From contig CAVSQW010000008.1 in NCBI GenBank assembly GCA_963730185.1, positions 512,001-576,000 of the forward strand: DNA of 64,000 nucleotides, in the 5' to 3' direction. The stretch's first letter is position 1; each line of letters starts with the position of its first letter. A program made the translations under genes and the position numbers. This document shows, piece after piece, positions 20,571 through 31,500 of this stretch. The stretch is from an uncultured Gemmatimonadales bacterium. GTDB taxonomy: Bacteria; Gemmatimonadota; Gemmatimonadetes; Gemmatimonadales; GWC2-71-9. Below the pieces are notes generated by a model that was not told where the DNA came from, ran no database searches, and saw only the letters and a list, made by a program, of their open reading frames with translations.

Positions 20571-21850
20571 TGCGGACTCGATGGATCGTGCTCGGCGGGG
20601 TGGCGGCGGCTTCCTTCTTCGGGGGTGGCTGGCTGCTCCGTCGCGGGGTTCGGGCCCATGCGGCGCCAGCGGCGGCGGCGGCCCAGGGCGGTGGTGGCTC
20701 GGCGCTCTTCAAGGAGGTGCTCGGGCACGTCCGGAGCTACGCGGTCGACTCGCTGGACGAGTCGGTGCTCTACCGGCTGGCGGCGTCCGGCGTGCTCGAC
20801 GAGCTCGACGATCCCTATGCCACCTTGCTCCACGAGCGCGATCGCCAGATCGTAGGCCCCGGCGGAGTCGTGTCGGCGCGGGGAGCGTATCTCGACCAGG
20901 ACGGGGGCCTCACCGTGGTGCTGGCCGTCCGGCCCGAGAGTCCGGCGGCCGAGGCGGGCCTCGAGCCGGGTGACCTGGTGCTGGCGGTCGACAGCACCCG
21001 GGTCGAGGCCCGCCGTCCCGAGGAAGTGGCCCGGCTGCTGGATCAGCGGGCCGACACGTCGGTCCGGATCCGGGTTGGCCGGGCCGGCAGGCGAAGCGCC
21101 CTTTGGGTGACCATCAGGAGCGGCCCGGTTCCGCCCCTTCCCGCGCCGACCGCGACCGCGCTGGGCAACGGGATCGTACGGCTCGGGCTGGCGCGAGTGG
21201 ACACCGGTACCGCGAGCTGGGTGGCGCGAGTGGCCGACAGCGCGGCGGGGGTGCGGGGCCTGATCCTCGACCTCCGGGGCACGGTCGAGGGAACGCTGGA
21301 CGGGGCCGTCCGCCTGGCCGGCCTCTTCCTGCCGCCGGGCACCTCGGTGGTCACCGCGCGACACCGGTCCCGGGGCGACTCGGCCGTGACGGTGCCGGCC
21401 GGGCAGTCGGTCCACGAGGTGCCGCTGGTGGTGCTGGTGGACCGGGCGACGGCGGGAGCGGCGGAGGTGGTGGCCGGCGCGCTCCAGGATCACGATCGCG
21501 CGCTGGTGGTGGGCGAGACCAGCTTCGGTCGGGGCGTCTCGCTATCGTTGTATCCGCTGGGCGGCGGACTCGCGATCCAGCTGAGCACGGCGCTCTGGCT
21601 CACGCCGAGCGGCCGATCGATCCAGCGGAGCCAACCGACCGACAGCGCGGCGGATTCGACGGGGAAGCGACCCGAGTTCCAGACCGACGGCGGCCGGCGG
21701 GTGCTGGGCGGTGGCGGGATCGTGCCCGATCGGCCGGTGCTGGCGGAGGGCGGAGAGGGCCGCCGGGGCGACCCGGCGCTGGACCTGGCCCACCGCCTGC
21801 TGGCCAAGGCCCGTTCGACGGCTACCCTGCTCAGCCTGAAGGACGGTTAG
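20570..21850 (+). CDS. S41A (CtpA-like) PDZ protein, probably catalytically inactive
   Basis: TM anchor, LDDPY, PDZ (SPAAEAGLEPGD), LILDLRG, EVVAGALQDHDRA, TPSGRSIQ, GGGI.PD; catalytic Ser and Lys positions are Gly and Arg. Confidence 0.85.
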   Translation: MRTRWIVLGGVAAASFFGGGWLLRRGVRAHAAPAAAAAQGGGGSALFKEVLGHVRSYAVDSLDESVLYRLAASGVLDELDDPYATLLHERDRQIVGPGGVVSARGAYLDQDGGLTVVLAVRPESPAAEAGLEPGDLVLAVDSTRVEARRPEEVARLLDQRADTSVRIRVGRAGRRSALWVTIRSGPVPPLPAPTATALGNGIVRLGLARVDTGTASWVARVADSAAGVRGLILDLRGTVEGTLDGAVRLAGLFLPPGTSVVTARHRSRGDSAVTVPAGQSVHEVPLVVLVDRATAGAAEVVAGALQDHDRALVVGETSFGRGVSLSLYPLGGGLAIQLSTALWLTPSGRSIQRSQPTDSAADSTGKRPEFQTDGGRRVLGGGGIVPDRPVLAEGGEGRRGDPALDLAHRLLAKARSTATLLSLKDG

Positions 21851-21856
21851 GCGGCC

Positions 21857-22507
21857 TCAGAGCTGGTCGATGACCCGAATGCCCGGCGGGACGGTGAAGG
21901 TGAAGGTCTTCCGCGAGTAGGAGGCGTTCGGGCGGAGCTTCGAGAGCTCCAGGATCCGCCGGAAGCCGGGGGCTTCGTCGAGCTCGATCCGGTAGGGCAG
22001 GGCGTCGTCCACTCCCAGCCAGAGCCGGGCCCGGATGAAGGGGATGCTGTTCGACTTCGGGGTGAGCGCGACCACGTCGGTCGGGTGGCCCGACACCGTT
22101 TCCCGGTCCACGTAGGCCACGTCGTACCGCTCCGAGGGACGATCGAGCAGGGCCGCCAGGAAGTTGGCGCCGTACACCGGGTCGGTCGGGATCGGCGCCC
22201 GAAAGACCTGATTGGGAGCGGTGCTCGGCGTGTAGGTCCAGATGTACTGCCCGTCGATGACGATGGCCTCGCCGTCCGGATCCGTGAACCGCATCGCGAA
22301 GTTGTTGTTCCCCGCCTGAATGACGGTGCCCCGGCTCACCAGGGTGTCGCCCTGGGCTCGGTCCTGGATGGTCTGGACGAAGTTGGCCTGGAGCGACCCC
22401 AGCGAGCGATAGACCTGGCCCGCGCGCCCGACGATCCGCACCGGATCCTGGGCGGTGAGGGCGGCGGGAAGGAAGAGGCCGACCGCGAGGAGAGCGAGGC
22501 GGCTCAT
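21857..22507 (-). CDS. lolA: Outer-membrane lipoprotein carrier LolA family protein
   Basis: Signal peptide, SLQANFVQ, P....IVIDG..IW.Y.P, F.F..PPG..VID. Confidence 0.8.
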   Translation of the reverse strand: MSRLALLAVGLFLPAALTAQDPVRIVGRAGQVYRSLGSLQANFVQTIQDRAQGDTLVSRGTVIQAGNNNFAMRFTDPDGEAIVIDGQYIWTYTPSTAPNQVFRAPIPTDPVYGANFLAALLDRPSERYDVAYVDRETVSGHPTDVVALTPKSNSIPFIRARLWLGVDDALPYRIELDEAPGFRRILELSKLRPNASYSRKTFTFTVPPGIRVIDQL

Positions 22508-23541
22508 CGGGTGGGCACCGGGCTCGCGACTGGCCGGCCGAGCACCGCGGCGATGCCGCGGACCTCCTCCATCAGGAGCTCGAACTGCTCCGGGTAGAGG
22601 CTCTGGGCCCCGTCGGACAGCGCCCGGTCGGGCGCGACGTGTACCTCGATCAGCAGGCCGTCGGCGCCGGCGGCGACGGCGGCGCGAGCCATGGGCCGAA
22701 CCATGGCCCGGCGTCCGGTGCCGTGGCTCGGGTCGGCGATGATCGGAAGGTGCGAGAGCTGCTTCACGGCCGGGATCGCGTTCAGGTCGAAGAGATTCCG
22801 GGTCGCGGCGTCGGCGCCGCGAATCCCGCGCTCGCAGAGGATGACGTTCGGGTTGCCTTCCGCGAGCACATACTCGGCCGACATCAAGAGATCGGAGAGC
22901 GAGGCGGACGGACCCCGCTTGAGGAGCACGGGCTTGCCGAGCCGGCCGGCGCGCTTGAGAAGGCTGAAGTTCTGCATGTTGCGGGCGCCGATCTGGACCA
23001 CGTCGGCCACCTCCGCCACCCGCTCGAGCCCGTCGTCGTCCATGGCCTCAGTGACGATGAAGAGGCCGGTCTCCTCGCGGATCGAGCCCAGCAGCCGGAG
23101 CCCCTCGTCTCCGAGGCCCTGAAAGGCGTACGGTGAGGTTCGGGGCTTGAAGGCTCCGGCCCGGAGGCCGACCGCGCCCGCTTGCTTGACCCGAAGGGCG
23201 GTCTCGCGGATCTGCTCCTCGCTCTCGACCGAGCAGGGCCCGGCGATCACCACCAGCTCGTCACCGCCGACGGTGAATCCTCCCGGGAGCCGGACCACGG
23301 TCGGGTCGGGCCGCCATTCCCGCGCCACCATCCGGTAGGGGCGGCTCAGATGGACGATCTCCTCGACGCCCGGGAGCGCGGCGAAGCGGGCCCCGTCGAG
23401 GCGGCCGTCGTGGCCCACCACGGCGATGGCGGCCCGGCGGGCTCCGGGGATCCGCATCGAGGCGAAGCCCAGCTCGTCGATCAGCGCGACGACCCGGGCC
23501 TCGTCCCCGGCGGAGGCGTCGGAACGGAGGAGCACCAGCAT
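22504..23541 (-). CDS. aroF: 3-deoxy-7-phosphoheptulonate synthase (type I-beta, N-terminal regulatory domain)
   Basis: IAGPCSVE, FKPRTSPY, QIGARNMQN, LKRG, LCERGI, DPSH, SDGAQSL. Confidence 0.94.
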   Translation of the reverse strand: MLVLLRSDASAGDEARVVALIDELGFASMRIPGARRAAIAVVGHDGRLDGARFAALPGVEEIVHLSRPYRMVAREWRPDPTVVRLPGGFTVGGDELVVIAGPCSVESEEQIRETALRVKQAGAVGLRAGAFKPRTSPYAFQGLGDEGLRLLGSIREETGLFIVTEAMDDDGLERVAEVADVVQIGARNMQNFSLLKRAGRLGKPVLLKRGPSASLSDLLMSAEYVLAEGNPNVILCERGIRGADAATRNLFDLNAIPAVKQLSHLPIIADPSHGTGRRAMVRPMARAAVAAGADGLLIEVHVAPDRALSDGAQSLYPEQFELLMEEVRGIAAVLGRPVASPVPTR

Positions 23542-23557
23542 GGGGGGAATCTAACGG

Positions 23558-26500
23558 CTAGGCGGCCCGCTCCCGGTCGTCGCCGCCCTCGGGCTGATGA
23601 AGCCGGACGCCGACGATGGTGGAGACGCCGGGCTCCTGCATGGTCACGCCATAGACCGCGTCGGCCGCCTGCATGGTCCGCGGGTTGTGGGTGATGACGA
23701 TGAACTGGGTGCTGGTCTTGAACTCCCGGAGCAGGTTGGTGAACCGGCCCACGTTGGAGTCGTCGAGCGGCGCGTCGACCTCGTCGAGGAGGCAGAACGG
23801 GCTGGGCTTGGTGAGGTAGATGCTGAAGAGCAGGGACACGGCCACCAGGGTCCGCTCGCCTGAGCTCAGCAGGTGGATTCGCTGGGTCTTCTTGCCGCGT
23901 GGCGCGGCGTGGATCTCGATCTCGCTGTCCAGCGGCTCGTCGGGGTTGGCCAGTCGGATGTCGCACTCACCGCCGCCGAACAGGGTGTGGAACACCCGCT
24001 GGAAGTTGGCCTGCACCGCGGTGAAGGTCTCGAGGAACAGGCTCCGGGCGGTGCCGTCGATCTCCCGGATGGCCTGAAGCAGCGACTGGCGGGCGGCGAC
24101 CAGGTCGTCCCGCTGGGTCGTCAGGAACTCGAGCCGCTTGGTCTCCTCGGCGTGCTCCTCCATGGCCAGCGGGTTGACCGGACCGATGCTCTCGAGCGTG
24201 GTGACGATCCGGGCGAGCTCGTTCTCGAGCGTTTCGCGGTCGAGATCGAGCAGCTGGACCTTGGCCATCAGCTCGTCGAAGGGCGCCCGCCACTCCGTCT
24301 CCACCCGCTCCACCACGCTCCGGCGCACCCCGGCCGCCTCGGTCAGCTCTACCTCGAGATGGTGGGACTCCTCGGTCAGCTCGTCGAGCGTCTGGCGGAA
24401 GGCGGCCAGCCGGTGCTCGCTCTCCTCGAGGCCGGCGGTTGCGGCGGTAAGGGCACCCTCCGCGCCGGCGTTCTGGGCTTCGAGCTCGGTGAGGGTCGCC
24501 ACCCGTTCCTTCCGCTGCTCGGTCCACTCGCCGTGCTGGGTCTCGAGCGAGGTCCGCTCCTGGTCGAGGAGGGCGATCTCGTCGCGGAGCGACTGGGCGG
24601 CCTGCTCGGCCAGGGTGATGGTCTGGCTGGCCCGCTCCAGGCGGTCGTTGGTGGCCCTGAGCCGGGCCGCGACATGGGCCTCCTGGACCTGCCAGTGCAC
24701 CCGGGTCTCGCGGGCGCTCTCTTGCTCACCCTCGAGGGTGGTCAGGGTCGAGCGGGCCGCGTTGAGCTGCTCGTCGGTCCGGAGTCGGGCCAGCTCCGCT
24801 TCCCGGGCGGTCGCCCCGGTCTCGCTGAGGCGCTGCTCGGCCCGGGCAAGCCGTTCGGTGAGACGGCCCACCTGGCCCTGCGCTTCTCCGCGCTCCCGGG
24901 TCAGGTTGACCAGGAGCCGGTGGGCGTCGTCTCGCGCGGCGGTGGCTTGCCGCTCGCGCTCCCGGGCTTGCTCGACCACGCCCCCCGCTTCGGTCGCGAC
25001 CCGCTCGGCTTCGGTCAATCGCTCGCGGGTGGCGGTGAGCCGCTCCACGGCGGAGGCCAGGGTCGTTTCCTGGCTCGCGATGTCGTCGGCGAGGGCGGCG
25101 AGGTCGGCCCGGCGGCGGATCGGGCCCGACGGGCTGGCGGCGCCGGTCATCAAGACCGCGCCGCTGGGGCGCTTGAGGACCCGGCCCGAGGGATGGACGA
25201 CCTCGAAGCCCCGGAGCAGGGCGTCGATCCAGGCCTGCGCTGGCCCGTCGGCCGCCAGCCGGTTGGCGAGCGGGTGGGGGCCGCCAATCGAGGTCTCGGT
25301 CGGCCCGGGATCGACCGGGAGCAGCACCAGCGCGCCCGGCTGGGCGTCCTCGTACCAGGTGTGTACGGCGTCCACCGTGGCCCAGTCGCGGACCAGGATG
25401 GCGTGCATCCACTCGCCCAGGAGGCGCTCGGCCAGCTCGGCGTCTTCGCGGGAGGTGGAGATGAAGTCGCTGAGCGGACCGAGGACCGCGCCGCCGAAGC
25501 GCTCGCGCGCGGCCAGCAGGGCCTGGGCGGCGGGAGCGAGGCCGACCCGGTCGCGCTCCAGCTCCGCCAGGGCGTGCTGCCGGGCGGTCAGCTGGGCGAG
25601 GGCCTCCTCGGCCAGTCGGCGCTCGTCGCGCTCGGCGGCCTCGCGCTCCCGGGTCTCGCCCACCAGGTGGCGGGCCCGGTCGGAGGCGGCGGTGGCCACC
25701 AGGGTGTCGTGGGCCCGCTGCTGGGCTTCCTGCTCGAGGTGCTGCCCGCGGGCCTCGGCGTCGGCGTGGTCGCGCTCGACCGCGGCGCAGTGGGTCTGCT
25801 GCTGGGCCAGTGCTTCCCGAAGCGACGCGAGCTCGCCCTCCAGGGCCGAGCGCTCGCCCTCGAGACCGCGGAGCTTCTGGACCTCGGCCTGAACCGCTTC
25901 CTCCAGCCGGCGGACCTCTTCACGATGGGTCTGGAGTCGCTGACGCACGGCGTCCTCGGCCTCGGCCCGTTCGCGGAGCTGCGCCTGGATCCGGGCATGC
26001 TCGGCCTCGGCTTCGCCGCGCTCCGCCTGAGCCGCTTCCCGCTCGTCGACCGCCTGGCTGGTGCGGAGCTCGACCTGCTGCCGCTCTTCTTCGTCCCGGC
26101 GGCGGCGGGCGGTGGCGTGGGCCAGCCGCTCGGTGGCCACGGCCAGGTCGGCGTCGAGCTTGCCGAGGGCCAGCTGCACGGTCGAGAGCTCCCGGGCCAC
26201 GATCGTGCGGTGCTCCTCGGCCCGGTTACGGTCGCGGACGCACTGCTCGTGGCGCCCGTTGGCCTCGTTCAGCTGCTGGCGAAGCTCGGGGAGAGTCTGC
26301 CGGAGCTCGTCGTGGCGGGCCTTCATGCCGCTCACCTTCTCGGTGAGCTCGGAGAGGACCCGCTCGGCCAGGGTGAGCTGGACGCTGAACTTCTCGTCCC
26401 CGAGCTTGGCGTGGCGCTCGGCCTTGCCCTTCTGGCGGGCGAGACTCCTGATCTGCGACTGGACCTCCGAGATGAGGTCCTCCAATCGCTGGAGGTCGGT

Positions 26501-27055
26501 GGCCGTCTCTTCCAGCCGCCGCTCGGTGCTGTGCTTCCGGTCGCGGTAGAGGCCAATGCCCGCCGCCTCCTCGAACAGCGACCGGCGCTCGTCGGCCCGG
26601 TCCGAGAGGAGGAGGTCGATCATCTTCGATTCCATTACCACGCCGGCGTCGCTGCCGAGGCCGGTGCCGCGGAGCAGGTCGTTGACGTCGCGGAGACGAA
26701 CCGGGCTCTTGTTGATGAAGTATTCGCTCTGGCCGGAGCGTGACAGCCGGCGGGTGATGACGACTTCGCGGTACGCGATCGGGAGGTCGCCGTCGGAGTT
26801 GTCGAGGTGGAGCGAGACTTCGGTGACGTTCACCGGCCGGCGATTGATCGAGCCCTGAAAGATGACGTCTTCCATCTTGCCGCCCCGGAGGAGGCGGGCC
26901 GACTGCTCGCCGAGGACCCAGCGAACGGCGTCGGACACGTTTGACTTGCCGCAGCCGTTGGGGCCGACAATGGCGGTGACCCCGTGCTCGAACCCGAGAT
27001 GGACGGTATCAGCGAAGGACTTGAAGCCGGAGAGCTCCAGCTTGAGTAGCCTCAT
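23558..27055 (-). CDS. smc: Chromosome segregation protein SMC
   Basis: GFKSF, GPNGCGKSN, coiled coils with a hinge, LSSGE, LLDEVDAPLD, QFIVITH. Confidence 0.96.
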   Translation of the reverse strand: MRLLKLELSGFKSFADTVHLGFEHGVTAIVGPNGCGKSNVSDAVRWVLGEQSARLLRGGKMEDVIFQGSINRRPVNVTEVSLHLDNSDGDLPIAYREVVITRRLSRSGQSEYFINKSPVRLRDVNDLLRGTGLGSDAGVVMESKMIDLLLSDRADERRSLFEEAAGIGLYRDRKHSTERRLEETATDLQRLEDLISEVQSQIRSLARQKGKAERHAKLGDEKFSVQLTLAERVLSELTEKVSGMKARHDELRQTLPELRQQLNEANGRHEQCVRDRNRAEEHRTIVARELSTVQLALGKLDADLAVATERLAHATARRRRDEEERQQVELRTSQAVDEREAAQAERGEAEAEHARIQAQLRERAEAEDAVRQRLQTHREEVRRLEEAVQAEVQKLRGLEGERSALEGELASLREALAQQQTHCAAVERDHADAEARGQHLEQEAQQRAHDTLVATAASDRARHLVGETREREAAERDERRLAEEALAQLTARQHALAELERDRVGLAPAAQALLAARERFGGAVLGPLSDFISTSREDAELAERLLGEWMHAILVRDWATVDAVHTWYEDAQPGALVLLPVDPGPTETSIGGPHPLANRLAADGPAQAWIDALLRGFEVVHPSGRVLKRPSGAVLMTGAASPSGPIRRRADLAALADDIASQETTLASAVERLTATRERLTEAERVATEAGGVVEQARERERQATAARDDAHRLLVNLTRERGEAQGQVGRLTERLARAEQRLSETGATAREAELARLRTDEQLNAARSTLTTLEGEQESARETRVHWQVQEAHVAARLRATNDRLERASQTITLAEQAAQSLRDEIALLDQERTSLETQHGEWTEQRKERVATLTELEAQNAGAEGALTAATAGLEESEHRLAAFRQTLDELTEESHHLEVELTEAAGVRRSVVERVETEWRAPFDELMAKVQLLDLDRETLENELARIVTTLESIGPVNPLAMEEHAEETKRLEFLTTQRDDLVAARQSLLQAIREIDGTARSLFLETFTAVQANFQRVFHTLFGGGECDIRLANPDEPLDSEIEIHAAPRGKKTQRIHLLSSGERTLVAVSLLFSIYLTKPSPFCLLDEVDAPLDDSNVGRFTNLLREFKTSTQFIVITHNPRTMQAADAVYGVTMQEPGVSTIVGVRLHQPEGGDDRERAA

Positions 27056-27145
27056 GCGGTATCCCCGAGGGAGAACGGTAGGGGCGGCGGGAGCCGCCGT
27101 CGGTGCCAAAGATAGGCGGCCCGGGGCCGCTTTTGCACCGGGCCT

Positions 27146-28579
27146 TCAGGGGCGTTTCGGCGGGTTCGTCAGGATGAAATAGGGCCGTCCGAGCTTCCGT
27201 CCCACCTCTTCGGCTTCGGCCCGGGTGGCATAGGGGCCGACCACGACGCGATAGCCGTCGTCGACGGTCGTGGGCTCCAGCACCCTGGCCGGATAACCGG
27301 CCCCGCTCAGCTGCTTGGCGAACTCCCGGGACCAGGCCGGGTTCTGGGAGCTGCTCACCTGGAGGTAGAGCTGATCGACGGCGGCGGGCGACGAGGTGGT
27401 GTCCGGCGCCAGGGCGCTGTCCTGGGCCACCAGCACGGACTCGGCGGCGAGGGCGGCGATCCGGGCCCGGTCGCGGGGCAGCCAGGCCGAGACCAGCCAG
27501 AGGTCGTCGGCGCCGCCCGAAATCCGGCCGGTCTCGGGGATCTTCGGCTGGCTCAGGTCGGAGGCCACCAGGTCGCCGTCCACCCGGGCGAGGAGGGTCG
27601 CGGCGCCGGCCACGGTGGGCAGGTCGTCGGCCCAGCCCGTCTCGACCGAGGCCGTGACCCGGTCGGTGGCGAGGTCGAGCACCCAGGCGGAGTCGCCGCC
27701 GGCCGAGCGGGCCACCATCCAGCGTCCCGAGGCGTCGGTACGAATGGCCGTCGGGAGCCCGGGCAGGGTGATCTCGCCGACCGGCTCCCGACCGAAGCGA
27801 TCGATCACCACGATCCGGCCGTCGCCGCGGGCGACGTAGAGCTGATGGCCGGACGGGCTGAAGGCGACGTGCTTGGCCTCGCCGCCCACGTCGATGGTGA
27901 ACTTGTTCCAGGGATCCTCGGTCTGATAGAGCACGACCGAATGGCCCGTCGGAATGGCCACCAGATCGCCCCAGTAGGTGGAGACTGGCTCGCCGTCCGC
28001 GACCGGCTCGCTGTGGAGCTCGCGCTCGGCGCTCAGCACCAAGAGTCGGGGGGGCTTGGTGTCGGTCACCAGAATCAGGCGGTCGCCCAGGGTGCCGAAG
28101 CGGAAGCGGAGCTTGGCCGGGATCGAGTCGCGGTAGATGGTCGGGGTGCCCACATCATAGCGGGTCACCTGCCGATTCTTGTCGAACGCGTAGACCGCCC
28201 CGTCGGGAACGAAGATGCCGGCGAGAAGGGCCTTGGCCTGCTGGCGGACGCCCCGGGCCTCGAGGTCGATCGCCACGAGGTTGCCCTTGGTGTCGATCGC
28301 GTAGAGGAGCCGGGCGTCGAGGTTGACCCCAAGCAGCTCCTTGATCGCCGGCACCGGATCGCGGCTGGTCCAGATCGGTTGTCCCAGGCTGTCGGCCCGA
28401 TAGGCCTCGACGATCCCGCCTTGGCGGGGCACCCTGAGCAGCGTCCCCTGGCCGCCCACGGCCGGCAGGTCGGGCGGGACGACGGGCGGGTTGCCGCCGC
28501 ACCCGGCGAACGCCAGGAGGCCCGCGACGAGGAGCCACCCCCTCGTCGCGGGCCTCCCGCCTCGGTCGGCGATGGTCAG
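27146..28579 (-). CDS. Beta-propeller lipoprotein with a C-terminal SPOR domain (start uncertain: CTG 28579 or GTG 28606)
   Basis: Lipobox FAGC; YVTN/WD-like repeats (VAFSPSG..LYV); SPOR LQVSS...YRVVVGPY..RAEAE. Confidence 0.8.
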   Translation of the reverse strand: MTIADRGGRPATRGWLLVAGLLAFAGCGGNPPVVPPDLPAVGGQGTLLRVPRQGGIVEAYRADSLGQPIWTSRDPVPAIKELLGVNLDARLLYAIDTKGNLVAIDLEARGVRQQAKALLAGIFVPDGAVYAFDKNRQVTRYDVGTPTIYRDSIPAKLRFRFGTLGDRLILVTDTKPPRLLVLSAERELHSEPVADGEPVSTYWGDLVAIPTGHSVVLYQTEDPWNKFTIDVGGEAKHVAFSPSGHQLYVARGDGRIVVIDRFGREPVGEITLPGLPTAIRTDASGRWMVARSAGGDSAWVLDLATDRVTASVETGWADDLPTVAGAATLLARVDGDLVASDLSQPKIPETGRISGGADDLWLVSAWLPRDRARIAALAAESVLVAQDSALAPDTTSSPAAVDQLYLQVSSSQNPAWSREFAKQLSGAGYPARVLEPTTVDDGYRVVVGPYATRAEAEEVGRKLGRPYFILTNPPKRP

Positions 28580-31500
28580 AACGTCGGGCCGAGACTCAGC
28601 GTCCACAGACCTCCCACTCCGGTTCGATGCAAGGGCCGAGCGTAATCCAGTCGCAGAATCACGAAGTTAAGGAGATTGGCCCGGATCGAGAAGCCGACGC
28701 TCTGAAGCGGCGTTCGCACCCCGGTACAGGTCGGAATCACGCTGCCACTGGTCGTGGTGGTGTTGGTGCAGGTGCCGGCCGGGTCGTTCGGACTGTGGGA
28801 GAGCCTGACAGTCTGGCCCCGCTCCCAGAAAACGCCGGCGTCGTAGAAGAACGCTCCCTCGATCGTCGGGAACCCGTAGGGGATGAAGCCCAGCGCGGAC
28901 GAGAGCAGGGGGAACCGAAGCTCCGCGTTGAACACCGCGGCCCGGGTGCCGATCAGCTGGTCGAAGCTGCCGCACCCGGTGATCGAGTTGGGGTCGATCT
29001 GGGTCAGGCATTCGTTCCGCTGGAACGAGCCGGCGGTGTAGCCGCGGATCAGCTCGGTGCTGCCGCCGAAGAACCGGAACTGGTACTCGTCGCGCCCGAT
29101 CCGGCCGAAGAAGAGCTCGCGGGTGGCCAGGGTGAACGGGCCGATGATCCGGTCGTAGCGCCGGTTGTCGGCCGTGAGCGACGTGAACTTCCACCCGGTG
29201 CCGATGAAGTCGAAGTTCTGCGACACCTCGAAACGGGCCCTCCGGCCGATGAACGGCCCGGTGTAGCCGTAGAGCGAGTTGTCGTAGACGTACGCGATCG
29301 ACGGCGCGACGTAGGAGACGCTGGCCAGGCCCTGGGTATCGAGATACGGGTTCCGGGTCGGCACCCCGGTCGCCCGGTCGAAGGGCTCCTGGATCTCGAG
29401 CCGGTCGTCCTGCACGTTGGCGATCTGGAGCCCGGTCTCGACCCGGGAGAAGCGGCTGAAGGGATAGTAGCCCTGGGCCTGGGCGCTTCGGAACACGAGC
29501 CGCCGGATGCTGGTGGTGAGGGTGGCCTCGCTCGCGGTCGGCGTCTGGTCCTGAATGAACTGCCCCTCGTAGAAGAAGTAGGGCTGCTGCTGGAGGCCGA
29601 CGGCCCAGTTGAACCGCCGGGTCAGGTTGACGTACTGCGCCAGGAGCTGCGTCTCCGCCAGGCGCCCGTTGAGCGAGGCGCCGAAGATCAGCTGCTTGTT
29701 GGACAGCATGTCGCCCAGCACCAGGGTCGCCGAGCCGGTGACGCCGCGGCCGAAGTTGTCGCGGGTATACCCGATCGTCGGGCGGGACACGTACTCCGGC
29801 TCGAACCGGGCCTTGTACGGCCGGTACACGAAGTCGGTCGTGTCCGGCGGCACGATGGTCACCGAGTCCAGCAGCTTGGCGATGGTGATCGGGGCGGCGG
29901 CCGCCTGGACCGAGTCGGGGAGCGCCGGGAGCGAATCGGACCGCCGGAACCCCTCGGGCGTCCGGTAAATCGAGGCCGACGCCAGGACCGTTTCGTTCTT
30001 GGGCTCGTTGGCGGTGCTGTCTTCCTTGGCCGTCGCGGCCGGAGCGACCGGCTGGGTCTGGACCAGCACCTCGGGCCGGACCGCGCCCGGCCGCCACGGG
30101 GCCGCCTTCCGGGAGCGGGGGCTGTCCAGGGTGTAGACGTCGTACTTGCCCTGCTCGAAGTACTGGAAGGCCAGCCGGTCGGCGTGGTGCGCCCACGAGA
30201 GCACCGGCGAGAGCGGGGTGATGCCCTGGACGCCGGTGTAGAAGTCGGTGATCTGGTACACCTGCCGGTCGCCCATGTCGAACAGGAAGATGTTCGCCAC
30301 GTTGTCGCGATCCGAGACGAAGGCGATGGTCCGGCCGTCGGGCGACCACTGCGGGCTCGAGTTCCGGCCGTAGTCCATGCCCGGCAGCACCTCGATCCGT
30401 CCATCGTCGAGGTGGTAGAGTGCGATCCGGAGCTTGCCCCAGACCAGCTTCTCGAAGTCGGTGTCGGGTCCGCGATCGGTCGCGAACGCGATCGTCTTGC
30501 CGTCCGGCGACCAGACCGGGTGCAGGTCGGCGTACTTGTCGTTGGTCAGCCGCCGGAGGTCGGTGCCGTCGATGTTGATCGTGAAGAGGTCGGAGATCCC
30601 GCCGTCGAGCCCGGTGAAGACCAGCCGTTTGCCGTCGGGGCTGAAGGACGGGTTGGTGACGCCCGATAACGGCACCGCGATGTGGTGCAGGGTGTGGTTG
30701 TTCCGGGGGTCGACGATCAGGACGTCATCCTTGCCCGACTTCTTGGCCGCGAACACCAGCATCTTCCCGTCGAACGAGAACGCGGCCGAGGACGAGATGT
30801 ACCGGAAGCTCTCGTAGTTGCTGCTCCAGCTGGGCTTGAAGAGCCGGCGGACCACCTTGCCGGTGCTGTCGGCCAGCCACATGTCGATGAAGTAGAAGTT
30901 CCGCTCGCTGAAGTAGGCCACCTGCGAGCCGTCGGGCGCCAGCGCCGGGGCCAGATGCCAGGTGCCTTCCGACAGCTTCTCGGTCAGGAGCGGCTTGGCA
31001 ATCTGCCGAGCCTTGACCCGCTCCCCGATCTCGGGCAGGTACTGCTTCTGGACCGCGTCCTGCCACTGGGCCACGAGCTGCTCGAAGGTGAGGCCGAGCA
31101 CCCGCCGGAGCGCCATCTCGACCCCTCCGCCGACGGCGTTCTTGGTGATCGCCCCGATCGCCTCGTCGCCCCAACGGGCCCCGATGTACGCCAGGAGCGC
31201 ATGGCCGAACTGGTAGGGGAACACCCGGGTGAAGTCCTGGGCGGTCGGGAGCTTGCCCTCCAGCGCGGCGTCGCGGAGCCACATCGCGGTCTTGGAGTCG
31301 ACCGGGCCGAGGGAGAAGTACTCCGCCATGCCTTCGCCGAACCAGAGCGGGGCGTTGGCGCTGATGATGCCCTGGAGTCCCGCCCCGCCTCGGCCCCGCG
31401 ACCAGATGTCGAACTGGAACTGGTGCACCATCTCGTGGGTCAGCACGTGCTCGTTTTCGGCGTACGAGCCCGTGAGCGGGAAGGTGTTCCGGTGCCGGAG

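Noticed and set aside
23873..26743. Very long antisense or alternate-frame ORFs (956 aa opposite smc, and many similar ones across the window)
   Set aside because: Expected shadow ORFs in high-GC coding DNA; no recognisable motifs and fully overlapped by well-supported genes.
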